A stretch of DNA of 64,000 bases from Vulcanococcus sp. (lineage in GTDB: Bacteria; Cyanobacteriota; Cyanobacteriia; PCC-6307; Cyanobiaceae): the NCBI RefSeq assembly GCF_049418265.1, contig NZ_JBMSIW010000001.1; one strand, written 5' to 3'. The notes beneath the pieces were generated by a model that made no database searches, had not been told where the DNA came from, and saw only the letters and a list, made by a program, of their open reading frames with translations. The position numbers were made by a program, and so were the translations under genes. This document shows, piece by piece, positions 39,701-46,911 of this stretch; within the stretch, counting starts at the first letter, position 1; each line of letters starts with the position of its first letter.

Positions 39701-42700
39701 CAACAGTGTGGCTGCCCAGCAGCCGCAGACTTCTCCCAGTCGTCAGGCCAACCTGTTCTGGATGGCCTTCGCCCAGTATTTCGACCATGGCCTCGACTTC
39801 GTTGTGAAGGGCGGCAATGGGACCATTCCCATCGGCGGGTTCGGTTCCGGTGGCGCTGATAACCCTGCAGATCTCACTCGGGCAACGATCACCGGTTGGG
39901 ACGCTGATGGCCCGCAGCACCTCAACCAGACGTCCCCCTTCGTTGATCAAAACCAGGCTTATGGCTCCACTGCCCTGGTTGGTCAGTTCCTGCGTGAATC
40001 AGACGGGGCGCGTGGCTTGGGATCTCATTTGCTCTCAGGTGGCGATGATCCTTCTGCTCCCGGATTCCAGTTGCTGCCGACACTGCGCACACTGTTGGAT
40101 CACCACATCGCTGCCAAGACTATTTTCACTGGCACTGACCGTGGTGACTTGACCCTGACGGAGTACTACCCCGCTCTGATCAGCGCTGACACCTTTGACT
40201 ATGACCCGTCTGTCATTGCTGAGCTGAACCGCGACTTTCTTGGATCGGGTTACTCCCTGCTCGTTGATCTCAACCCATTTGTCTCTCCTCTAGAGCACGT
40301 TGTCGCGGGTGACGGCCGGCCGAACGAGAATGTCGCCCTCTCTTCCATTCACTCGATCTGGGCCCGTAATCACAACTATCATGTTGATCAGTTAACGGAG
40401 CTCTATTCAGCTGCTGGTTTAGCTGCCACGCCGGAGGAGATCTTCCAGGCCGCAAAAATTATCAACGAGACGGAATACCAGCGCATCATCTTCACGGAAT
40501 TTGCTGAGATTCTGTTGGGGAGTGCCGGCATTCGTGGTTCTGGCGAGCACGGCTTTGATGATTATCAGCCGGCGACGGATGCCCGCATTAGCCATGAGTT
40601 TGCGGCAATGGCCTATCGCGTGGGCCACACCATGATTGCTGACGACTTCACGATCCTTGATGCTGATGGGCAGCCAATGCGCGTGCCCTTGGTGGATCTT
40701 TTCCTTAATCCCACCAATGAGGCGGGGGCCTTTGCCTTTGATCCTGACGGTCCGGGGCCTGCAGCGCCACAGACCGGCGAGGCCGCGCTGAGCTCTTTGG
40801 CCTCCAGGGGTTACACCCCCGTGCCTGGCTATGAGCAGCTCGGCGTAGCCCGCATCTTGGGTGGCATGGTGCTGCAGCCTGCTGAGGAGGTTGATCCTCA
40901 GGTGGTCGATGCCGTTCGCAACGATTTGGTGCGGGTGCGTGCTGATCTGGCTGCCTTCAATATCGCCAGGGGCTGGGATCTGGGCCTCGGCACGCTCAAC
41001 CAGGTCAAGGCCGGCCTGCTGGCTTCCACCAACCCTTATGTCCAGGAAGCCCTCAGCTATGTGGGCCTCGAGAACATGACCCCCTATGCCAGCTGGGAGG
41101 ACTTCCAGCTGCGTAATGGTCTTGCCGATGCGGAGCTGGAGCGGCTTCGTGCCGCCTATCCCGATCTTCACCTCGAGTCCACCGCTGTGGAGGCGTTCCG
41201 TCAGTTCAATCCTGATGTGCAGCTATCGGTCCAGGGCGATGGCAGCGCCGTGGTTTCGGGCATCGATCGCGTTGATGCCTGGGTGGGTGGTTTGGCTGAG
41301 CAGAAATTCGAGGATTCACTGCTGGGCACCACCTTCTGGACGATCATCCATGAACAGCTGGATCGCCTGCAGGAGGGTGACCGCTTCTACTACCTCTCCA
41401 GGGTCGATGACCTGGACTTCTATGAGGCCTGGGCCAAGGAGCAGAGTTTTGCTGACATTGTCGAGCGCAATACCGGCCTCACAGGGCTACCCAAAGACAT
41501 CTTCGAAGTCTCTGATTCCGAAGTGTTGATTGGATTGCCGGCTGTGGCTCCTGCAGATGCTGGTGCCACCACGCCTGTCGATCCTGATCCCGCTGATGGG
41601 CTTGCGACCGACGCTGCGACCGACGTTGCATCCGACGTTGCATCCGACGTTGTGACTAAGGCATTGCACCTGGGCCTGAGTCTGCACAAGCTTCCGGATT
41701 TCACCGGTGATGAACCGAATGAGCTCGTGCTGCGCCCCTTCGGTTCACCGGCAGAGCGATCTGCTCAGTTCTACCTGATGCTCACGGCAGAGTCGCTGCG
41801 CGATGCCAGCATCGACACCCTGGATGTCACCTTCGATCTTGGAGAGGACTTCGTCAATGTTTTTGAGCTGAGCGGGGAGCAGATCTTCTTCTCCGATGAC
41901 CTTGCTCTCCAGCGTCGCGTACAGATTGATGGCAGTAAGCTTCGTTTTGAAGGTGCCGGGCTGGGTGCACTTGGCGCTGGCCAGGGTGTTTCAGAAAAGG
42001 CCCCCATTGCGGTGATTGCTCTCACCCCGCGAGAAGACATTGATGAGCAGATTCTTGCGGCGCGCCTGGCCGATCGCTATGGCTTCACCAATTCTGAATC
42101 CTGGCAGCAATCGCTCCAGTTCAGTGTTGATGCCAATGTCCATGAGATCATGTTCTCTGATCTCATGTCGCTCGGTGATCTCGGCGGCGAGGCGGCATTA
42201 CTCACCGACGAGCTTCAGGTGCTTGCCCGTGCTGCTCAGGTGGATCTGCTGACGGACGACGTCTTTGCCTTGGGCACAGAACGCCAGGTGCTCAAACCGG
42301 GTGAAGGAGGATTCACCAACCTGATCCGCTCAGGAGACACCCTGGAGCGCACCACCCAGTGGCAAAACGGCGGTGAATTCACCCTGCAGGACCTGTCGAT
42401 CACCGACCTCAATCAGGCGGGTGTTGCCACCTCCAAGAGCTGGATTGCAGGTGGTTCGGATGCCTTGGCTGTTGGTGCGACAGCCGACATCACCACAGAG
42501 ATCAGTGTGTACGGTCCAGCTGGTTCGGTTCTGGACAGCGCAGCCCTCGGCTTCCAAATTGATGCCCTCGGTGGCTATCACTGGGATACGGCTGCCATGC
42601 CTACGTTCCAGCAGAAAAATCTGGTCACCTACCAGGCCGACCTCAACTATGACGGTCGTGTCAGCATGAAGGACTTGGCCTTCCTGAATGCCGGTGTGAG

Positions 42701-43031
42701 CCGTGGTTACAGCCGTGATGTTGATGCTAACTATGATGGGACCCTCGATATCAATGACCTCGCGGTGATTGATGCCGAATGGGGGCAAAGTCTCCATCAG
42801 GGTGAAGGTCAGTTCCTGGGTTCTGATTTCATGTCTATGGCGGATCTGTCTCAGCAGGGCCTGCAGCAGTGGGACAGCTCCGCCTTCATCGCTCAGAATG
42901 CAATCGAAGCGGAGCAGCAGGTTTCGAATCCTGTTGCTGAATCCGGTGGCACATTCGTCACGGTGCAGGGCTTTGAGGCGCTTCTTGCTCAGCTCGAGCA
43001 GCAGCAAACCCAGCAGTACGACCTGACCTAA
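33738..43031 (+). CDS. 3097-aa double animal-type heme peroxidase (MopA/PepA-like peroxicin) with RTX repeats, cohesin-like domain and C-terminal dockerin
   Basis: Two sets of Q(F/Y)FDHGLD, GDGRxNE and YR(F/V)GH; GGxGxD nonapeptides; two DxNYDGxxxxxD loops near the C-terminus. Confidence 0.9.
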   Translation: MASSFHVNYADLQRILENIKIAERESAGENLLDIITEVATGSPAITGTTFVNAANLPLGLRHVDGSYNQLIAGSPDGVLTGAADQSFARLVDPSYISGTGSPSLDLNPDPASLLEVKNTSYDPGTPNPQNDLGIHPNSVVDASVRTISNLIVDQTISNPAAIASALRLAGHEDPDRQALILHEQARLLLDPLAAEEDQADARTAFMNALAESGVTITSDGSIVVEHRSADIGLSPGNSSWMTIFGQFFDHGLDLLAKGGQGTVYIPLQPDDPLYVEGSSSNFMALTRAAGNPGTNLITPWIDQNQTYTSHPSHQVFLREYQRIDRDTGALLDPGSDEWQKGLTVATGRLLNGAQGGVATWADVKAQALTYLGIALDDRDVLKIPQVLTDPYGRFIAGQNGYAQLLAVDPQGQPITVEGTAEGVIPSELNVSRIAQAFLDDINRAAVPVIVDGQLLQDADMAVGLSDAVPDGRGGFTTYDNELLDAHYVTGDGRGNENIALTAIHSVFHGEHNRVLEANKLTILRSGDLEGINEWLRRPLADDVALPSSQASDADLTAFAAGLQWDGERLFQAAKFSTEMQYQHIVFEEFARRIQPNIAPFVFTNSADLDARIVAEFAHAVYRFGHSQLGDGVARLEADLASRDLGLIQSFLNPLEFANSGLDAEAATGAIARGITRVVDQEIDEFIVEALRNNLLGAPLDLASLNLARGRELGIPSLNQTRAQLYAMTGAVQLKPYTGWTVDPNQADSHGFFQHLKNPMSVVNLIAAYGTHHTITEATSVEAKRRAAMLIVFNTPFDGQEPPADSLDFLRGTGAYADQETGINDVDLWIGGLAEQVNEFGGQLGETFNAVFQYQMEQLQNGDRFYYLSRTQGMNLLTQLEATTFSDLVMRNSDLGDPHATHLSAHIMGVPDLILELDLNTAQANYSGDQELDALVGSENTAEQRGSLDPTASTLFDFLLGGAATSKVIRQYGSLDLDGNGFVDGNVLRFTGGEHVVLGGTEGNDAIYGDKGIDTLWGDGGDDYLNAGMESDQVFGGDGDDIIIDPFGDDFLRGENGDDVIVNGAGLDVDFGGAGQDAMFAVVDSTEMFAGEDNDFMRGGSAPDLMMGGEGDDWMEGGEGFDYMAGENSELFFDSPIVGHDIMNGQGNDTDYDGENGDDIMVQGVGIQRNNGMNGFDWAIHKGDPVAADTDLTPQIPGLVEIPDAALAVILRDRFDSVEGLSGWKYDDHLRGSVRSIGQNPWFQNQLTQAGVDRIRGLRAVLGGEDLVDPDAVAFGDLNIDGNSDSQIFLGGDGSDTIMGGVGDDLIDGDAWLNVRIEGTRKDGSYFTVDSLSDLFVDLVSGAIDPGEMHAVREILYDDRADGSNPDDVNLDVAVFQDLRENYDITFEVDGSVTVSHLIVSDGLQSDGMDRLRNIEVARFADQDLRLVNDPPVSSDLLATTELSTTGLFGFFGAANRVGLGAPALFDANNVTPDNPRGLVDPSSVSVSFFDAADSATALPLSAAGELVLAATPGRQLSMTASYLDAAGFANTFQTPVFNAIVGTASANTLTGTAGQDYIFGGAGADVLLGNGGDDYLSGGVGSDLLNGGDGVDVANFAGVATSLGNASNPPAQTVVDARFGLNGVNLTVSTLTGGLDTLVSIERLRFSDGIFDLVAGATSSADALIYSGDQRALLFGGGGDDNLRGGVDDDVFTYTAAGSTLQNAISGGGRDFVHGGANRELGDRLVIHGDNTTESFRVIAVAGDANVSRRTELSAAGFAAIAETTEIVILRGTGALAADAPLTTGNFAIIAEVAAIEELTINVSGAGGTGTQRVQVIGDFNPTSLRTNTITVSSDGAGVDVDVTSLESDHRVVLDAGTILGQRPQDLVQAIADESMTANSMTSDPMNPAEANDNAGGNVLAPLTLRDAQDLLDLVRGIAPNRLDPENADAVGVRDLAGAENNRANATFGAANEPFIRLTEARFGAVDPDSGTAEINPIFAGLDPRQISNSVAAQQPQTSPSRQANLFWMAFAQYFDHGLDFVVKGGNGTIPIGGFGSGGADNPADLTRATITGWDADGPQHLNQTSPFVDQNQAYGSTALVGQFLRESDGARGLGSHLLSGGDDPSAPGFQLLPTLRTLLDHHIAAKTIFTGTDRGDLTLTEYYPALISADTFDYDPSVIAELNRDFLGSGYSLLVDLNPFVSPLEHVVAGDGRPNENVALSSIHSIWARNHNYHVDQLTELYSAAGLAATPEEIFQAAKIINETEYQRIIFTEFAEILLGSAGIRGSGEHGFDDYQPATDARISHEFAAMAYRVGHTMIADDFTILDADGQPMRVPLVDLFLNPTNEAGAFAFDPDGPGPAAPQTGEAALSSLASRGYTPVPGYEQLGVARILGGMVLQPAEEVDPQVVDAVRNDLVRVRADLAAFNIARGWDLGLGTLNQVKAGLLASTNPYVQEALSYVGLENMTPYASWEDFQLRNGLADAELERLRAAYPDLHLESTAVEAFRQFNPDVQLSVQGDGSAVVSGIDRVDAWVGGLAEQKFEDSLLGTTFWTIIHEQLDRLQEGDRFYYLSRVDDLDFYEAWAKEQSFADIVERNTGLTGLPKDIFEVSDSEVLIGLPAVAPADAGATTPVDPDPADGLATDAATDVASDVASDVVTKALHLGLSLHKLPDFTGDEPNELVLRPFGSPAERSAQFYLMLTAESLRDASIDTLDVTFDLGEDFVNVFELSGEQIFFSDDLALQRRVQIDGSKLRFEGAGLGALGAGQGVSEKAPIAVIALTPREDIDEQILAARLADRYGFTNSESWQQSLQFSVDANVHEIMFSDLMSLGDLGGEAALLTDELQVLARAAQVDLLTDDVFALGTERQVLKPGEGGFTNLIRSGDTLERTTQWQNGGEFTLQDLSITDLNQAGVATSKSWIAGGSDALAVGATADITTEISVYGPAGSVLDSAALGFQIDALGGYHWDTAAMPTFQQKNLVTYQADLNYDGRVSMKDLAFLNAGVSRGYSRDVDANYDGTLDINDLAVIDAEWGQSLHQGEGQFLGSDFMSMADLSQQGLQQWDSSAFIAQNAIEAEQQVSNPVAESGGTFVTVQGFEALLAQLEQQQTQQYDLT
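41602..41652 (+). repeat. 12-bp tandem repeat x4 encoding an ATD/ASD linker
   Basis: ttgcgaccgacg ctgcgaccgacg ttgcatccgacg ttgcatccgacg. Confidence 0.85.
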
Positions 43032-43039
43032 CGGCAATT

Positions 43040-43069
43040 GCCCCTCAGCCTTTGGCTGAGGGGCTTCTT
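43040..43069 (+). terminator. Rho-independent terminator after the giant peroxidase
   Basis: gcccctcagcc-ttt-ggctgaggggc followed by ttctt. Confidence 0.75.
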
Positions 43070-43353
43070 GTCTCTAGAAGCTGGTCAAGAGATCGATGCA
43101 AGAGGGTGGCGTCTCTTGCATCGATTGTTTTGTGTCATGGAGTGGTCGATCCGCTTGGGAGAGTTCAGTGAGGGGAGCGCTGTTAGCGCTCTGCCGGTTT
43201 AATGGTGCTGCGCAGTTATTCAGTGCCTCAGAGTTGATCCGATAGCTAAAGCGGAGTGCCATGCGGTCTACGCGCTGCGTTTAGACGTCTAATTTCTTTG
43301 CAACCGCTAGTGATCAACTGCCGCGGATTTGCCCCGCTGCTGCATCAGCGCTC

Positions 43354-46338
43354 TTATTTCGCTTCCATCCAGTTGGGGCCGACGCCGGTCTCCACCACCA
43401 GGGGCACAGACAGCTGCACGGCGCGCTCCATGGTTTCACGCGTGAGGTTCAGCACCGCATCGAGAGCCTCGGGGGCCGCCTCCAGCACCAGTTCGTCGTG
43501 CACCTGCAGCAGTAGCCGGGCGGGCAGCCCGCTGGCGGCCAGCTGGTGGTGCAGCTGCACCATGGCCAATTTGATGATGTCGGCGCTGGAGCCCTGGATC
43601 GGTGCATTCGCCGCGGCACGCAGCTGCTGGGCTTCCATGCCGCCGCGGCGGGCCACATCCAGCTCGATCTCCAGCGGGTCCTTGCCCAGCAGACGGCCGA
43701 GGCCGCTGGGGTCAAAGGCAAATGGCCGGCGGCGACCCAGGATCGTTTCCACGTAGCCGCGGCTCAGGGCCAGGCGCTCCTGCAGCTCCAGGAAGGCGAA
43801 GACCTTTGGGTAGCGCTGCTTGTACTTGCTGAGGAACTCCTTGGCGTCGGCCTGGCTGACGCCGGTCTCGCGGGCGAAGCGCTGCACGCCCATGCCGTAG
43901 ATGACCCCGAAGTTGATCGTTTTGCCCAGGCGGCGCTCATCGGCGCTCACGCTCTCTTTGTCAAAGAGCAGCCTGGCGGTGAGGGCGTGCACGTCATCGC
44001 CCTGTTGGTAGGCCTGCACCAACACCTCTTCACCCGAGAGATGGGCCAGGATCCGCAGTTCGATCTGGGAGTAGTCGGCGCTGATCAGTTGCCAGCCGGC
44101 CTCCGGCAGGAAGGCCTTGCGGATGCGTCGCGAGAACTCGGTGCGAACAGGGATGTTCTGCAGGTTGGGGTTGCTGCTGGAGAGGCGGCCGGTGGCCGTG
44201 ACGGCCTGGTTGAAATCGGTGTGCACCCGGCCGGTCTCCGGCTCCATCAATGCCGGCAGCGCATCGACATAGGTGCTCTTGAGCTTGCTGAGGGTGCGGT
44301 GCTCGAGCACCAGCGGCACCACCGGATGGGCATCTTCCAGCTTTTCGAGCACGGCGGCGTCAGTGCTCCAGCCGGTTTTGGTCTTGCGGGATTTCTTGCG
44401 ATCAAGGCCGAGGGTGTCGAACAGCAATTCCCCCAGCTGCTTCGGTGAGGCCAGGTTGAACGTGCTGCCCGCGGCGGCGATGGCCTCCCGCTCGAGCCGC
44501 TCCAAGGTGGCCGCGAGCTCCTGGCTCAGCTCCCCCAGGTAGGCGGTGTCGATGCGAATGCCGGTGGCCTCCATCTGGGCCAGCACGGGCTCCAGCGGCA
44601 GTTCCACCTGATCCAGCAGTTGGGGCAGGGCTGGGCCGAGCTGCTCCAGTTGCCCCCGCAGCAAGGGGCTGAGCCGGTAGGTGACATGCACGTCCATGCC
44701 GCAATAGAGCGCGGCCTGCTGCATCGGCACCGCCGAGAAGTTGGCGCCCTTGGGCACCAGTTCGCTGTAGCTGGTGGGCAGGAAGCCGAAGTTTCGCTGT
44801 GCCAGCAGTTCGAGGCCGTGTTTGGCGTTGGCATCCCGCAGGTAGTCCGCCAGCAGCGTGTCCATCACCACCCCGGCCAGGGGCAAGCCGTGGCGCAGCA
44901 GGATCAGCCGGTCGTACTTGGCGTTCTGCAGCGTCTTCGGGTGTTCGGCACTGCCCAGCCAGGGCGCCAGGGCCGCGAGCACCTGATCGAGCGGCAGCTG
45001 CACCGGGTCGCTGAGCTCGGCCTGGTGGCCGATGGGGATGTAGGCCAGATCGCTGAGACCCTCTCCCCAGCACAGGCCGATGCCCACCAGTTCCGCCTGA
45101 AAGGGATTGAGGCTGGTGGTCTCGGTGTCGAGAGCAATGGGCTGCGCCGCCTCGCGCCGCCCCATCAACCGCTCCACCAAAGCCTCCAGGGCTTCCGCTG
45201 TCGTGATCAGCGCGGGTTGCAGGTCCGGCGTGCTGCTCTCGGTGCTGCTCTCCGTAGTGGTGGTGGTGATGGTGCTGCTGTTGCCGGTCCCAGTGGTGGT
45301 GGTCGATGGCGTCGACTCACGCGATGCTGCGACGGCGGCGGTCGCGGCGGGCTCAGGTGGGTTGAGGGAGAAGATCTCGGCAAAGGCGTTGACCTGGCGC
45401 CTGAGGCTGAAGAGCTCGAGCTCTTCGAGGCTTTCGGCGAGGGCGCCGGCGTTGACCGCCCCCAGCTCCAAGCGCGGCTCGGCCGGTAGGGGGATGTCGA
45501 TCAGGATCTCGGCAAGCATGCGCGAGCGGTAGGCGCTCTCCCGGTCGCTGCTGAGCTTGCCCAGCAGGGCCCCTTTGAGGGCGCCCTTGGGATCTTTGGC
45601 CTTGGGCCCCGCTGCCTCCAGCTGCTCGAGGGCGCCATAGATGCCGTCGAGATCACCATGGGCCTGCAGCAGCGTGATGGCGGTCTTGGGACCGACGCCT
45701 TTCACCCCGGGGATGTTGTCGCTGCTGTCTCCGGTGAGGGCCTTGAGGTCCACGACCTCTTCGGGGGTGACGCCGAGTTTGCTGATGACGCCGTCGCGCC
45801 GGATCTCCAGGGGGCCGCTGCTTTTGGCGTAGGGGCCGCCACCCATGTAGAGGACGGCGATGTCGCGTTGGTCGTCGACCAGCTGAAACAGGTCGCGGTC
45901 CCCGGAGAGGATGCGCACCCGCCAGCCCTGATTGGCGGCGCGGTTAGCCAGGGTGCCGAGGACGTCGTCGGCCTCGTAGCCCGGCGCCATGCAGAGGGGA
46001 ATGTCGAGGGCCTGCTCGAGGATCTGCTGGAGATTGGCGAGGTCCTGGAAGAAGTGCTCCGGGGCTACGTCACGATGGGCTTTGTAGGCCTCGTCAGCTT
46101 CATGGCGGAAGGTGGGTTCAGCTGTATCGAAGGCGATCACCACCCCCTGGGGGGTCAGGCCTTTGCAGTTGTCCAGCAGGGCCTTGAGGAAGCCGTAGGT
46201 GACGGAGGTGGGGATGCCCTCTTTGGTGCTGAGGCCCCCCTCGCCCCCCTTGCTGAAGGCGTAGAAGCTGCGGAAGGCCAGGGAATGGCCGTCTACCAGC
46301 AGCAGCAGCGGTTTAGGGGTGGTGTCGCCGCCGGTCAA
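43354..46338 (-). CDS. polA: DNA polymerase I
   Basis: LVDGHSLAFR, GDSSDNIPGV, TGRLSSSNPNLQNIP, DYSQIELR, KTINFGVIYG, QVHDEL. Confidence 0.98.
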   Translation of the reverse strand: MTGGDTTPKPLLLLVDGHSLAFRSFYAFSKGGEGGLSTKEGIPTSVTYGFLKALLDNCKGLTPQGVVIAFDTAEPTFRHEADEAYKAHRDVAPEHFFQDLANLQQILEQALDIPLCMAPGYEADDVLGTLANRAANQGWRVRILSGDRDLFQLVDDQRDIAVLYMGGGPYAKSSGPLEIRRDGVISKLGVTPEEVVDLKALTGDSSDNIPGVKGVGPKTAITLLQAHGDLDGIYGALEQLEAAGPKAKDPKGALKGALLGKLSSDRESAYRSRMLAEILIDIPLPAEPRLELGAVNAGALAESLEELELFSLRRQVNAFAEIFSLNPPEPAATAAVAASRESTPSTTTTGTGNSSTITTTTTESSTESSTPDLQPALITTAEALEALVERLMGRREAAQPIALDTETTSLNPFQAELVGIGLCWGEGLSDLAYIPIGHQAELSDPVQLPLDQVLAALAPWLGSAEHPKTLQNAKYDRLILLRHGLPLAGVVMDTLLADYLRDANAKHGLELLAQRNFGFLPTSYSELVPKGANFSAVPMQQAALYCGMDVHVTYRLSPLLRGQLEQLGPALPQLLDQVELPLEPVLAQMEATGIRIDTAYLGELSQELAATLERLEREAIAAAGSTFNLASPKQLGELLFDTLGLDRKKSRKTKTGWSTDAAVLEKLEDAHPVVPLVLEHRTLSKLKSTYVDALPALMEPETGRVHTDFNQAVTATGRLSSSNPNLQNIPVRTEFSRRIRKAFLPEAGWQLISADYSQIELRILAHLSGEEVLVQAYQQGDDVHALTARLLFDKESVSADERRLGKTINFGVIYGMGVQRFARETGVSQADAKEFLSKYKQRYPKVFAFLELQERLALSRGYVETILGRRRPFAFDPSGLGRLLGKDPLEIELDVARRGGMEAQQLRAAANAPIQGSSADIIKLAMVQLHHQLAASGLPARLLLQVHDELVLEAAPEALDAVLNLTRETMERAVQLSVPLVVETGVGPNWMEAK

Positions 46339-46350
46339 GACGCCCTGGGG

Positions 46351-46911
46351 ATGCAGTCGCCCCAGACTGGCAGAACAGGTCAGGCCGCCCTGAGTGACTG
46401 TGGCCGTTATCGCTGGTGGCTTGAGCGCTGCTGGGATGAGGCCCGGCCGCCCCTGCTGTTCATCGGCCTCAATCCCTCGCGGGCCACGGCGGAGCGTGAT
46501 GACCCGACCCTGCGGCGCCTGCAGGGCTTTGCCCGGGCCTGGGGGTTTGGGCGTTTGGAGGTGCTGAATCTGTTTTCGCGCATGGCGGCCAGTCCGGCGG
46601 TGCTGCGGCGCAGCGCTGATCCCATCGGTTCAGAGACCGATGCCTGGCTGCGGCGGCGGGTGCGGGCCTTGGCGGAGCAGCCCGGGGCCGCGATCTGGCT
46701 CGGATGGGGCAATGGCGGCCAGTGGCGCCATCGCGATCAGCAGGTGCTGGCGCTGTTGCAGGAGCTCCGGGCGCCCCAGTTGCCGCGCCTGGCGCTGGGG
46801 CTCACCGCGAGCGGCCAACCCCGTCATCCTCTTTATGCGGCCAAGGCTGCGCAGCCGCTGGCCTTGGCGCATCCTGGGGAGGAGCCCCGCCCTGGTGCCT
46901 GCTGGCGATGA
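46351..46911 (+). CDS. DUF1643-family protein
   Basis: SDCGRYRWWLER.W, FIGLNPS.A, DDPTLRR, NLF, GQPRHPLY. Confidence 0.85.
   Translation: MQSPQTGRTGQAALSDCGRYRWWLERCWDEARPPLLFIGLNPSRATAERDDPTLRRLQGFARAWGFGRLEVLNLFSRMAASPAVLRRSADPIGSETDAWLRRRVRALAEQPGAAIWLGWGNGGQWRHRDQQVLALLQELRAPQLPRLALGLTASGQPRHPLYAAKAAQPLALAHPGEEPRPGACWR

Larger units (their letters stand above)
23205..43353. other. ~20-kb accessory island (T1SS, giant heme peroxidase, cadherin/cohesin-like protein) between cysS and polA
   Basis: Visibly more A/T-ending codons than the flanks; separates two co-oriented housekeeping genes; no integrase or transposase seen. Confidence 0.75.

Noticed and set aside
41602-41652. Short direct repeats considered as a possible CRISPR array
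   Set aside because: 12-bp contiguous in-frame units with no spacers; no cas genes in the window
43074-43262. 62-aa minus-strand ORF at the island's right edge
   Set aside because: No motif and atypical composition; more likely non-coding junction DNA
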